Source: Lingula anatina (Eukaryota; Animalia; Brachiopoda). From it: DNA of 64,000 bases. Under the pieces are notes generated by a model. The model saw only the letters and a program-made list of their open reading frames with translations, did no database searches and was not told where the DNA came from. Location: contig CM120641.1 in assembly GCA_051362555.1 (NCBI GenBank), positions 24,868,401 to 24,932,400 on the forward strand, in the 5' to 3' direction. Each line of letters opens with the position of its first letter. The stretch's first letter is position 1. The translations under genes were made by a program, and so were the position numbers. Below, piece after piece: positions 23,901-37,300 of the stretch.

Positions 23901-26900
23901 ATAATACATATCAAACAAAATAATAATTAATCATTTCATAACAAAGATAGTTCTGCTCATGGCCCAGGCTCAGAAATAATCTGCAGTGCAAAGTGTAGAT
24001 CTATAAGTGTGTATGTGTTACAGGAGTACCTCCGTGAACTGCTAAGATTAATGCAGCCCAAATTTTACCACCACCTGAGGACAGTCCAGGATGGCATGGA
24101 ACTACTGTTTTGCCACAGGTAAATTAAATACAGCTTGTTTGTATAGAAGTAATAAGGCAGTGATTTTTTTTCTTTTATCTTGATATCCCCATTCTCTAGA
24201 TTGAAGTTGAAATATTTACAGCATTTTCAATAGTAGCTGTTAATTGTGGAAAAAATTACTACTTCAATTTGCATAATACGGCTGATAAAATACTTCTCTA
24301 AATGAAAGTGATAAGAATTTTACTCACAACAATTGTCATTGCCTCAAGGATGATACGCTACTGTACTGCCACAGATAAATATACTTTTTGTCAGAAAATG
24401 TTTGAAGAGATTTCTAGTTTGACTAATGTGATTGTCTTAACACAGCTTGGTAGCACTATGAATGCATATGCTTTGTATTTGCTGCTTGCATAAGTGATGA
24501 AAAATTAAGTTTAAAAAAAAGAGAAAAAAAAGAGATAAATTATAACATCTAGAATTTTATTTTTATTTTGGACGTACATTAATGGGTATACTGAATATTT
24601 TTAGAGATTCTTTTTGGACAAAATGATATGCTTCAAATAGCTTAAGTCAATATTTAGGCATTGCACCACTCTATGGAATATTTAACAAATAGGATGGACT
24701 AAACAGAAGGTTTAGGGACCAAAGTCAAACACATAAAGGAGGAACTTCTCCATCTGCTATCATTTTATGTGTTTGATATACAATGATCTGATGTGTCTCA
24801 GGGCAAATACTGATTTAAAATTTATCCATTTTAGCTGTGTGTAATGTTTCTGCCAGCATTAATCCTCATACAAAAACAGACTTTGATTTTTTCAAGTTAA
24901 GTTCTGTTGTAGAGATAGCTTGGAGCATGTGAATCTCTGACCCAGAATGTGATCTGCTCTTCTCATTATTGATGGGAAGGTTTTTCTGTACCTTGCAAAT
25001 GTAGAATAATTTTTGGTAGCCATCTTGGAACTTTGGCACCCTCAGAGCGTAGATGATGGGATTACACACACTGTTCATGTAGCCCAGCCAGTAGCCCTGG
25101 AAAAGTAGATACAAATGTTGTAGGAATTTATGAATATATATAATATAGTAACTGTTTTTATTTTACATTGGGAAGAGAGCTGCAATGATCCACCTTCCAT
25201 AGGGTGGAGACAAATTGGATAATGGAGATATCTTGTAAATTACTTTTTCCTCCAAATTTCAATGTTTATAAAATGACTTGCAACATTAACTTTTTGGTTG
25301 TCTAGTCATATCACACATCTATTCATGTTGATTTTCTATAATATTTGAATTATTCTTTCTCTTGTTTCAATATTTAATTTATAAAATGGAAAGTTAATAA
25401 ACAGACTAACTTTGTGAGAACAAGTAAATCCCATCTTACCAGAGCGTGCAACTCATGTGGAATGGTTGTCTTGTCTTCCACAGCCGAGGCAAAGATACAG
25501 TAGACCATGAATGGGGTCCAGCAGACAAAGAACACGATAATCATGATCAGTAAAGTCACTGTCATTTGTTTCTCCTGACTTACAATTACATCATGGTCCT
25601 GGGTTGTGTTGGCTTTCATCCTGGACAGATGGGCCCTGATCTGGATAAATATACTGATGTATGAGCCCACCATCACAATGATGGGTACAAAATAACAGCT
25701 GAAGATGATGATGAATGCATATGCATGTTCTGGGGCCTCTGTAGGGTAGTTTGGCCCACACTGGGTGGCGCCAGGTTTGAATGTGAAATCTGAGAGCCAG
25801 AAGGCCCCCATGGAAGATGCAATCAGGCCCCAGATCCAAGGGGCCGCTATCATGTACCCCACCCGAGTCTTAGTCAACACCTTGCTCATTGGATGGGTGA
25901 TGGTGATATACTTGAATACTGCTATGTACATCAGCGTGTGGACGGAGACGGTGAGGAAGAACACTACAGTGAATCCATTGAGAACACACAGAGTGTCCCC
26001 AAACACCCAGTCCCCCTCGATGACAGTGATGAGAGCCATAGGCATGTCAACAATGGCTACCAGTAGGTCTGCTACAGCTAGGTTAGCAATGAATGCATTG
26101 GTCTTAGTCTGCATATGTTTATTTTTGATAATGACTGTTAGAACCAGGATGTTTCCAGTGATTGCCAGGGCAATAAAAATTGCCATTGAAATACAAAGTA
26201 TTACCTTGGAGGGAGTGTCCCAGTATGAAATAACATTTGGAATTTGTCCAGCGTTTCCATCCAGACATTTGTTCCTCCACTGGACTTCAGACAAAGCTGA
26301 CATATTGTGTTCTCTTTGTTGACAATCTGGTGAATTGAAAGCTTGTGCTGAAGCAGACATGTTATACCGCTTGATGATAAAATCTTTTACAAAAAATTTA
26401 ATATTTTATCTTAAATCATCAGGGTCATCCTGAAGTGCTAGCATCTTGATGTCTGGCATATATGCTTGGTATTTCCTCAGGAAAGATTCTATTTCATTTA
26501 GTATTTCAGATATCTGTAACAGCAGGCAGTGTGTTGACTTGGTGAACAGCAGTTAATATTACTTCCTTTACCTGCAAACAAACAGAAGTTATTGATATTT
26601 GGTTCATCTTTAATATGTGTATATTATATACATATTAGAGATAACCTATTATATACAAATCAAATATGGTAAATTAGACAAAATTCTAATAATCTTATGG
26701 ACATTTTGGTACTGTACAGACTCACCAAGTTCATCAAGAGGCAGGCTTGACTTACCTAAGTTGGTACATATATGTTAAATGTTGTCACAGGCTGCTGATT
26801 CCTCAGATCAAATACTAGATTACTCCTAAATTAGCTAATTACAAAAGCTTGTGAGCAGGCACTAGGGAATTTAGATGAACTTTTTTACATAACTGATTTC

Positions 26901-29900
26901 ATCAACTAGTCACAAAGGCAACTGGGAAAGCCAAGTATGGTTTCTACAGATTCTATACAAGGGCATTTATAGATAATTGTTATAGCAATTTAAACATTGC
27001 TCTTTGCCTTCTTGTTAATGACCATTTAGCATGATAAAGCTTGCAGTAAGTGACATGTGTTGAGGCCCTGTGAACACTTCATCAGATCAAGTTCCATGCC
27101 TTAAAAACAGCTGCTCTTTTTACATTAAATAAATATTGTATAGCTGTCAGCAGCAGTTTTTTTTTAAATACCAATATTGGTATGAATGTTGTTTAGAATA
27201 AAACAGAGTATATTGAAGGTCTACATTTTCCTTTTATGAAAAATGGTATCCACCTTTGGTTGCTTTGTGGAAAAATCAGAAATTTATGTCTGATAATACT
27301 GTTTTTGAACAGAGTCAATAAAAATGTATATCATAGTTCAAGGGACTATAAATCTCGGCAAAGATGATCATGATCATGAATATATGTTTTAGATCTGCTG
27401 ATAAGGGTGTATTAACCGGGGCCCCATTAACCAGTCATGGCCATATATCCAATATATTCTTACCTGAACTGGTATAAACCACAAACACACAGGCCTGTAG
27501 CGAACAATTTTAAAGGGGGGGGGGGATTTCTTTTTTTAGACAATGCGGACCTTTTTATCACCTTCATTGACCCAATTTATGAAATGGAACAGAATGTAGA
27601 TCAAATCTAAATTCAGAAAGGACCTTATCTGACAAAAATGACAGTTATTTTGAACCTCCTCCTTTGGGCACAGCATTTGTGTAATATGTATATACATCAT
27701 ACTGTATAATTGACCTGACAATGTATATATTTACATGTGTATAAACATATTGAGGTGTTACTTGTTGTGGCTTGAGTTGATATTAAACACCAGTATCACA
27801 GGTAAGAACATACCGATAGACTTGAACTTCATTTGATTTAACTCACCTTCATATATGAAGTGGATTGAATTTAATCCATCAAGATCCACTTAGTAATGTA
27901 TTGACTGTAGTATGTCTGCAGTGTATTTATGTCAGTGAGAGAGAACAGAGGTCATTTTACTATGACTAAAGCACAGCTCACTCACCTGTATTATTTACCT
28001 CATATGTCCTTCACCGCTTATTTCACCTGCATAACTTATTTTTAGATGTTTAAAAAGGCCACCTAAATAAATAAATCAGCAGTGCGAAATCATTATATCT
28101 GAATATGAGGTGTTTTATCTTTTACTTGAGAAGGTTTCTGTCAGTATATGTCTAATCAGGACCTTTTCTATAAAGTCTTGGAAAAAGGACAATCTACCGG
28201 TATTTTCATGCGAATAGGGAAGTATGTCACTTCCTGTACTGAGTAGCTTCATCCAGTTCATTTGACCACTTGAGTTGGAGCTAGAAGCAGGATGTATTCT
28301 GCTGAGAAAAAAAAATCCCACATTTTTTTTCAATGAACTATTATTTTTTTGCTTACTAGTACCACCCTGATCATAAATATTAAACCAGGCAGTGAAATAG
28401 TTGAATTTGATAGAGCATGGAATTATGGTACTCAGAAAGCCTGGTGGAAATATTATTATATGCTGTTTTCTTTGAGATTAGAGTCTTGGAGCAGTTGAAA
28501 TTGAGCCTTAACATTGAGCCTTAACATTTTACCCTGAGCTTCTTTTTTTTCTAGCATGGTGTATTACTTTTTATGTGATATTGTGTGTATTCCAACTTAC
28601 ATCGTTCTAGGTCATACGTAGCCATCTGTCAGGCACCTTAGCCTAGTAACTGCCAAACACTGTGCCTCTTTTTCTTGAAATTTATTAGATGCTATTTTAT
28701 ATGGTAAAAATGTGGGCCAAGTTTAACATAAAGAAGTTTAACTCTGTCCAAATAATCTAAGTCCCATCTGTTCAATTTTTTGTGCTTCGTTTCTCTGTGG
28801 TTGGGCCGTTATGGTTATATAATAAGCTTAGTGGTGAATGTCTTAACAAAAGATATAAATAAGCTTATTGAATACGGAAAGGATAGGTTTGACAGGCTCA
28901 TGCTGGTTAGACGTGACATTTCTTGTTGCTGTTTGAAGTGGCTTTCATCATGGCTGGAGCTTTTAAATTAGAATATAGTAATATTGTACTCAACAATTTC
29001 AGACAAAATATATCGGGTTATTTTTTGTCTAAATAAAAGCAAAGTATTTTAATTAGTACCTGAACATAATATAAAAGCTGATTCACTTGTGAAAAGTGAG
29101 TCAAGTGCTTGTCAGTAGGTATATTTTTGTTGTCTTTAAAAATGATGAATATTGAAAAAAAAAGAAAAAAAACAGACACACAGTGTACATTGAGCCCCAT
29201 AACTTGTTGCAGTCACAATTTATAGCTATCATCTGAGGGGAAATGTGTCTGCCTGTCTGATGACTTATTGATTTTCCAGTTTCTCAGCTCATTTCCTTTC
29301 TTCTCTGGCCAATATGTGCTTATCTTTAGGGATTGAGGGGAAAACAAAAGCAGACTGGCAGTTTGCAATATTTTTGAAAAGCTACCTAAAATGTTATAAT
29401 ATAAAGTTATGTTCAGTCTAGGAGAAAAAAACTTTTTTATCGTCCATTTTGGTACAGTGCAACATCAATTACACAAAGGAAAAAAAAAGACATAGAAAGA
29501 TGGCTTAGCATGCATGTTTGAGTATAATACAAATTAAATGAAAAGATAATAAGATAGAACACAGATTTGTTGTGCAATATGCACATGGTTCTAGCTCAGA
29601 GGGCATGTACAGTAATGTGAGAGACAAGAAGAAGAGTGGATAAACTTACTAACACACTGGCCAGTCATAAAAAAATAATCTCTATTTCTGAAGATTTTTG
29701 TCTTCATTTTCAGGTGGATATTGCTGTGTTTTAAGAGAGAGTTTCCAGAGGCAGATGCTCTGAGGATCTGGGAGGCTTGCTGGGCCCACTACCAGACAGA
29801 TTATTTCCACCTGTTTATCTGTGTGGCTATTATAGCAGTCTATGGAGCAGATGTGGTAGAGCAGAAGCTGCCAGCAGACGAGATGTTACTTCACTTCAGC

Positions 29901-30521
29901 AGCCTGGCCATGCACATGAGAGGAAATGTCATACTTCGCAAGGTATGGCGGAGACAGCGTACTGCATGGTTACCAGCTTTATAAATTCATGTGCATTCAT
30001 CAAAATCTTCCCTATCTGTTCCCATTGTTTTAGATGTTATTTTATTGTTTATACCATTCTAACAAATAGAAATTACACATTTTGAGAACTGCAGTGTTGA
30101 GTGCCATTTGTGTGGATTTAGCTCAAGGTTATGTACTAAATTGGTCTTGTTTTGATTGATTACATTGTGGAAGTTTTTTTCTTCTGTTTTTGTGTCTTTT
30201 ATTCAGAACCAGAGAAAACACCCTGTGATAGTATAACCTTTTTGTTGATGATTTAGCTTACCATTTTTGTTTGGCTTGAGAAGATTGTTTGTGGGTTTAG
30301 CTTGATTAAGCTATTTTTCTTTTTTTTTTTTTTTATGAGAATACTTTTTTATCTTTCAGGCACGTGGTTTGTTGCATCAGTTCCGTGCACTCCCAAAGAT
30401 CCCGTGCACTCTCCATGGTCTGTGTAGTCTGTGCGGTCCCGGGATGTGGGACAGTGGACATGTCCCGACGGTGGAATGCACTGGTAACCATGGAGACAAC
30501 ATTTGTCCTCACAACACTTAG
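16408..30521 (+). CDS. TBC1D16: TBC1 domain family member 16 (Rab GAP)
   Basis: Exons 16408-16602 (MAFSSLFRKASSLL..DGEIIYCKNNVCVHPP), 19122-20397 (GSTLILTWIPNS..CGVFSVDLG), 20808-20980 (QMRSLRLF..ESQYKILHFHHGGLDKL), 21795-21965, 22505-22653, 22846-22980 (EKDVVRTDR, R finger), 23472-23658 (YTQGMSDL, Q finger), 24024-24118, 29714-29942, 30360-30521 (CGPGMWDSG, TAG). All junctions are GT-AG and in phase. An alternative in-frame ATG lies at 16357. Confidence 0.95.
16977..17614. mobile_element. Degenerate palindromic MITE (~640 bp)
   Basis: Ends are agaatgtattac ... gtaatacattct. Inverted similarity continues inward (ggaaaaatgcccctaaagt / actttaggggtcatttttcc; aaatcagca / tgctgattt; ctataaata / tatttatag). 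Confidence 0.75.
17905..17942. repeat. (GA)n microsatellite
   Basis: Directly visible GA run. Confidence 0.9.
21178..21320. repeat. Dispersed repeat copy 1, ending in a perfect 28-bp palindrome
   Basis: caactcatagaaatataatatattct...ggcagttatag...aatctcttaaga recurs at ~43991-44132. The stretch tgttataatctcttaagagattataaca (21293-21320) is its own reverse complement. Confidence 0.8.
24866..26360 (-). CDS. Orphan rhodopsin-family (class A) GPCR nested in a TBC1D16 intron
   Basis: Exon 25440-26360 splices in phase 0 to 24866-25096. Motifs: TM1 GN, TM2 NLAVADL, ECL1 W-x-FG-x-x-LC, TM6 CWTP, TM7 NSVCNPIIY. The DRY position reads FKY. Confidence 0.92.
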
Positions 30522-32259
30522 AAAAATGGTGCAAGATTGTCAGGATAATTATTAAAACTCTGGTTGAAGAAGTGCATCTACTGAGTGATTAGGTAAAACG
30601 TTTTGGTAAAAGGTGTATTAAAACCTACTTAATTTTTTTTTTTTTAGCTGTGTAAAGTGTGAGGTGACACAATTTTTACCAGTTTGTCTTTGCTAGCTCA
30701 TGTTTTAGTGGACTTTATTTAATTTACAATTTCTTTGTGATACTTGACTCTCCAGACTTCATTGGTTTTGTATGCACTGCGTAAAATAATAAAAGATAGG
30801 ACATGTTGTGGGTGCATAGGGTAAGGAATTTAGCCAAGGTGCGTTTTATGGCAAATTTTGTTTAAAAAATGGAAAGTGGAAGATGAAAGTCCAGATGCTT
30901 GTTAAGAGTAAGGTTTGGTATCAATAATGGAAGGATGTTACTCTCGTCCTTTGTCAACTTTGAAGAGTTGTTGTTGGCTATTTTATGGTAATCTTACTCT
31001 TCCAAAAGATCAAGATAAAGAAACAAATATATTTTACACATAAAAGTATGTGAATGTTTTAAATGTTTGTATTTGTTTACATTTATTCTTTTTACTAAAA
31101 GAAATAATCATTAGATTTTGCAAAAGTCCCTTGCTGGTTATTCAGCTTAAAATGTTTGTATACTGTTTGTGGCTCTTTTTTTCCTAAATGACTGACCATG
31201 CAAAATATTTCTCTTATTTAAGTTAACAAATATACCATTGATCTTTTGTCATTCAGTGTTTGATAAAACTTTTTTCTTTACAATTTATGAAGTTTAGATT
31301 AATTATTTATTTTTCTTATTGGCATTTATTTATTTATTTGTTGTGTGATTAAAGAGTTGTTCCAGCTACATAAAAAAAGAAAAAGTTTTTAACTGATATA
31401 TAAAATCCCCTCTTCCTAAGTCATTGTTAGCTTATCTTTCCATCTTTGGACTCAGTTGGTCAAGGAGAATAAACATATCACATTAAATTCAAGACACATA
31501 TATATATATTGAAGAAGCTCTTTTTGCAGTACATGTCATATTAATATCTTACAAAAAAAAAAAAAAAAACTTCAAAAATTCCAGGGAGTTAATTCTGTAT
31601 TCTGCGTCTATTTTTTGCTTAAGGTGTTGGCTATCTTGGTAAGTTTTCAGTCGAAAAGTCACAATGGATCATTTAATCTGAATTTGATTATTTTATCTTT
31701 ATTATGGCAAAATGTTGAATGAGCAACATGTGATGAAGTTACTTAGTAAATCTGTATTGGATTTTAAGAAGAATGAAGATAAATTGATTTATATTGTAAA
31801 TAAGCATTAAGATTATTATGATGCTATTTCTGTATAGAAAGCTTGTTAATCAAAAAGAATCTCAGTATAGGTTTACTGATATATATTTCAATTTCATGAT
31901 TTATATTTGAGATCTACAGAGTTTGCAAAGCTATGATGAAGTGCAATAGATTTAAATCCAGTTAAATTTTGTCTTAAAAATGTGGGCAGGTTGATTGGTG
32001 TTGTGATTTAGAAATAAAATATTCAGGCAATGAAGATGGTTTGTTTAAAATGGGGTTACTGCCAAAGGTTTTTCATTGCTTTTTCCTGTTTAAAGACTTT
32101 GATAGAACAGTTTTAATACACATGCTCTTTTACATTTGGCTTATTAAAAAAGCAGTGGATATCTGTTAGAATGAAATACTTGGACATACCACAAAAATGA
32201 AATCCCCTCAGTGATTAGGTTTGGTCTGCCACCAAACGGACATCAAGGGACAATTTTGT

Positions 32260-32299
32260 AAAAAAAAAAAAAAAAAAAAAGGGGGGGGGGGGGGGGGGG
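32260..32299. repeat. Abutting poly(A) and poly(G) homopolymers
   Basis: About 21 A followed immediately by about 19 G. Confidence 0.9.
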
Positions 32300-33461
32300 T
32301 TGTTACTCTCTACCAAAGGTTTTCCCTGCCTGTTTACAAGTTGTATATTTAGAAATATACAGAGAAGACCTCTGGCAGAAGGAAGGGAAATTCAGGTATA
32401 TTCGAAGCGACCCTTGGTTAAAGGTTCACTCCATGAGGTTTACCTGCCAAAATGGATTCTCCTGGGAAAATGAGCAATTTCTTATTTATCTATCCCTCTC
32501 TACACTTGGATTCAACCTTTGATAAAATTTATAAAGTTTGATCTAAGCTTAAAATGATTGGCCAGTGTACTTGGCTGTCCTGTCAATCCTGGCATTCAGG
32601 TAGGCAGCAGGAGAGGCATGTTTTAAGACCCGTTGTTTTGATCTTAAATGTTTACAGTACATAATTGTATTTAAAAGTTGTTGATCTATTTTGGACATGG
32701 ATAAATAAAGATAGAACAAAAGATATTGGGGTGGCACAGAATGAATTGAGCATTAAGTCATACAATATTTGGCAATACAAAGTACTTTTAAGTACTTTTA
32801 GAAACGTTAAAAACCATTGGGTAAATTAAGTTTTGGAGTTTCTTTGAAACATGACCATTTTAAGGGGGAAAATGCTGCTTTGCAACTATTATCTATCACT
32901 AAATAAAGAAATGAATATTAAAAAAGGCAAATAGATTTTTGAGAAGTGACAAATTTATTTGATTCATACAGAGATCTCTTAATAACAGTGATTTCATACA
33001 AATACACAATGTTAGAAATTGATATATTTTCAAATTTAAATTCATTTTCAACAGAAATATGCTCAAAATTACTGTAAAGGTGCAAGATGTTAAAAGGTAC
33101 ATCTGAAAACAAGTACTCTTAATTACAACCATACATAAAGGTTTAAAAAGAAATACAATCTTATAATACTGTTCAATAATACCAAAGTTTAAGATATATA
33201 CGAAGTAAGCTTCAGCAAAGTTGTCAATGCAAACAGTGCTTATATAAAAAGTCATACTTTAAAATACTTTACAGATGCAGACAAGAAGGCAAATAAAACA
33301 AACAAAATTAAAATAAATAAATAAATGTACAAAAGGATGTTAACACTTTTCCAAATATATATATAAATATATATAGTATACATTTTCCTAGTGCATATTA
33401 AAAGTTGTCAAAAATGAGTAGGGCAGCTTCACAGATCAGTAATCTATTTTCTCCTCCCTTT

Positions 33462-33464
<3 letters not shown>

Positions 33465-33497
<33 letters not shown>
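33465..33497. repeat. (CT)n microsatellite
   Basis: Directly visible. Confidence 0.9.
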
Positions 33498-33499
<2 letters not shown>

Positions 33500-34330
33500 C
33501 CAAAATATATGAAAAGTAAATGTGAGAACTTCTGTAACCAACCACAAAACCAACTGTGTTGTTCAGTTTTTGAGTATTTGTAGTTGGCATCCCATGCTTC
33601 AGTCTACAGTTGCAGACTATCAACTATTGTAGTGAAGGCACTATAGTTGTTGAGGAGTAAAGTAATTAATAGTCTGACAGTCACTAATTGTTTAGAACCT
33701 TTTAGCAGTATATATTCACACAGCACAAAAATCTGGCTCACATGACAACACACATTCTATTTCTGTCTCCACAAGTCAATGATACACACATTTGTAGACA
33801 ATACTTCACATCAAAATCTTGAATATATACATATGTGTACCTTGCATTAAACACATCAACATTCACAGAACGAAGAATGGAACAGTTCCACAGAATTCCA
33901 TTCAAATGTTATATACGTCCTTATAATACATATTTTCTTGTTTATACGAATATGAACAAAAAATGCATATACTAAGTATGGTAGCAAAAGATTCCTGATA
34001 ATATGTTCCCCCGTTCTGGTGTATACTTCATTTAATAGAAGGAGAATTGCTTTCCAGTTAAAATACCAACACAGTTATCACAGTATTAGAATATCACATA
34101 TTGAACCTAACTATTTTAAAGTGAAAAAAAAATGGACAGCATCAAAAATAATGCTTTTATATCTGGAATGTTTCATAACCTAAAATGGACAGAGATGTAT
34201 AAAATCTCACAATATATAAAAAGACTTGTTATGATTTTTTTCATAAGCTTCAGTTATCTTCATGTTGACCTTGGGTGTTCCTTTACAAGAGTTCCAGGTC
34301 AGCCAGTGACCTTTGATCTTTTTGCATAGA

Positions 34331-37300
34331 TCACGAATAAGCAGGTGGAGGAGGTGCATAGGCTGGATCTGAAACAATGAAACCCGATGTCACAAATGTC
34401 AAAGGCACAAAGGTTAAACTGTACCGAATTTTTCTAACCAGTTACTCTTTGAAATAACTTTTCTCCAGTAATCCAAAAATGGAAAAGGAATAAAAACTTG
34501 TTTAAGAAGTACTTTTACCATGTCCATCATCAGTTACTCATAATCAATTACTCATTATTAGTACTTGCAAAAATGTCTGTTTTGTCATCAAGCTCAGAGA
34601 TACCTTCTGTTTTTAGTCAAAGTACAATGACTATTGCCAGTCAAAGTGAAGAGTTAACTGACTGCATCAAGTCACATGTAACTGTCTTCACGTACCATTA
34701 TTAGCTTGGCTGTAACCAGGAGGCGGCGGCTGTGTGCTGGAGTAGCCTGGGTCCACTGGTGCTGCCAGGCCTTGCTTCTGTTCTGTGGGAGGGTAGGCAG
34801 GGTCTAAACACACAGACAAGGCAAATATGATAGGTGACAGGCCTAAATGTGCAAAGATAACCGAAAACAGCAACAGTCATTGTCAAGACAATCAAAAATT
34901 GTTCGTGTGGCATATGTGTGGCACAGTTTAAAGGCTTCAAAAATGAAGAAGCCTTAAGATAGTTTGCAAAAAATATTCTAAATTAGCCGAGACCCATTTC
35001 AAAATTGTTAAGAGATTATCAACTTGTAACAACTTATCATGTTACTGATGTAATCAATGAGAACTAGATTGCATTAATGATTACATTCCAGGTGCTTTTA
35101 TCACCATGTTTCTGAAGAACCCAAACTAGCTGAATGCTTTCCTAAAATACTCTTTTCCATTTGTATAATTCGGTGCTTCCTTACAGGTGAAATGTCTTGT
35201 CAACCCGTGCATACATTAAGGCCCTTTTTTCATTGAGTGGTACATTAGGTACTGACTGATCCTTTAGGTCACATTCATAAAAGCTGACTACCAGATCTGA
35301 GGATCAAATATGGCCAGCCCACTTGAATGCTTGTTGCGTAATCCCCGCAGGGAATTATTCAGTGCCCGATTGGGAATTAAGCGGCAAGCTTTTTAGTAGG
35401 TAGCCAAGTTTGATCCGCAGATCCATTAGTCTGCTGTTATGAACACAATCTTAAAGAACACTAGCATACCATTATATGAGAAGCCAGCAGGCTGCTGAGA
35501 GCCAGAGTAAAACATGTAGCTGGGCTGTGCCTTCTGGTCTGGTGGAGGAGGGGGAGGACCACTGTAGCTTGCAAACTGGTGAGGATTGGAGTAGTTTGTG
35601 TTGAAGTGAGATGGTCTTCCCGAGCGTTCTGTCATAGATATCTCACTTCTATAAGTTCTTCCTTAAATTTAATACCATAGTTCAGTTGAGGTGATGAACA
35701 TAACCATATTTTAAGTAAAAACCTGGGGCACTTTTGGAACTAGACAACCACACATATCATACACTTTTTTTAACTTTGAACCTGCCACAAAAGCTTTTTA
35801 ACAATATTTAAAAATATTAACATATCAATTGATTAACATGACAAAATGTAGATCCATGCAAGTAACCATAAGCTAATCTGGCATAATTCTGTATATAACA
35901 AGAAAACCACAGTTAGCTACTTTTATAATCATATTAGTCACCCAGTGACAGTAAATCTGATTTCATAAATCTATACACTAATATGTAAATATTACAGGAA
36001 AATACATGTAGCTCTCTCATACTACACATCCATATTAATAAAATATGACAATTTCTTTACTGGTTAGCAATGACAGAACAGAAGACACTTTCTGCTAAAT
36101 TTTGTTGCTACTTTAACTTACTAGCATCTTACATGCTGATAGATACATTGAAATCTCAGTTTATTGTCAGTAATATTATGATATCATTTATTACTATTAT
36201 TCATGCCATGATAAGCAAACTTTCACATTTTACCTGCCAATATCTCAAACACTTAAAATTTATTTTTCTAGGCTGCAAAATTAGGGCTTTATGGATACAG
36301 AAGGTTCCAAAATACTTACTTCTGATATTGCTTGAAGATGAAACTTTCATTTTCTTCACTTTACACATCCTCACCAGTATGACGATGACCACAATGACGA
36401 GTGTTGCAGCAATGATGGCCCCAAACACCACGCCCACAATATTCCCAGTGCTAAAATCAATACAGTAATGGTCCAGACATAAAGAAAATAACACGTATTA
36501 TTTGAGACATTCACATTATAAATATGAAAATGTGACACATAAGCTCTTAAATCAATCAGTGACTTAAGGGGGGGGGGGGGGGGGATAGCAAAATGGATAA
36601 AATCATAGAAACAACGCCCTATTGTTAAGTTGTTAAAAAAAATAAATTATACTTCCCAAAAGACCAACTAAATACAAAGATTAAGTGCAGTGTCCAATGG
36701 GTGACGCTGTACTATTTTGGAGAGAAAAGAATTTTTTATTTGGTTTTTGGACCAATATCAGTGATTCAAACGGCATTGCAAGCTAAGTGAAAGCACTTAA
36801 CCACAGGATACCAGGGAATACTATTTAACTATTTCATTCTGATTTTATCATCTTTAACTTCAAATTACCCCTTATTTCAATGGGTTATTAGCTTCAAAAC
36901 GATAACTTTCAAACAATTTTGCTTAGACAGTGAAATAAACTTGAAACCGATTCACCTGTCATTCTGGAAAGCTGTTAAAATGACCAAAAAAAGGTTCACA
37001 GACATGTTAACAGAAATTATTAGTCAATTATGTAGCTGGGAAATTCACCTGCTATCGGTAATATGATCAGACAGAACCATTGCCAATTGTCAAAATATTG
37101 TTTGGATGCTTTGAAATGCCTGAAAATTGTGTTTTTGTAACATTTTCTGATCACACATTTGACTTGTGAGTAATATCATTCAATTCAAGTATGTTAACAA
37201 GTAGACCAAATGACCAATACTGACCAATAATGAAAATCCAATGTCCTAAACAGTCACTTTCATATTTCAACAATAAAAATTTTGCGAGTTTTGAGAGATC

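Noticed and set aside
25765-26322. 185-aa + strand ORF
   Set aside because: Antisense shadow of the GPCR coding exon, with no recognisable motifs.
32260-32299. poly(A)-poly(G) junction as a retrocopy tail or G-quadruplex element
   Set aside because: No upstream retro-element body or TSD. Similar G/C homopolymers occur at ~27515, ~36570, ~40070 and ~56530, so it looks like a genome-wide habit.
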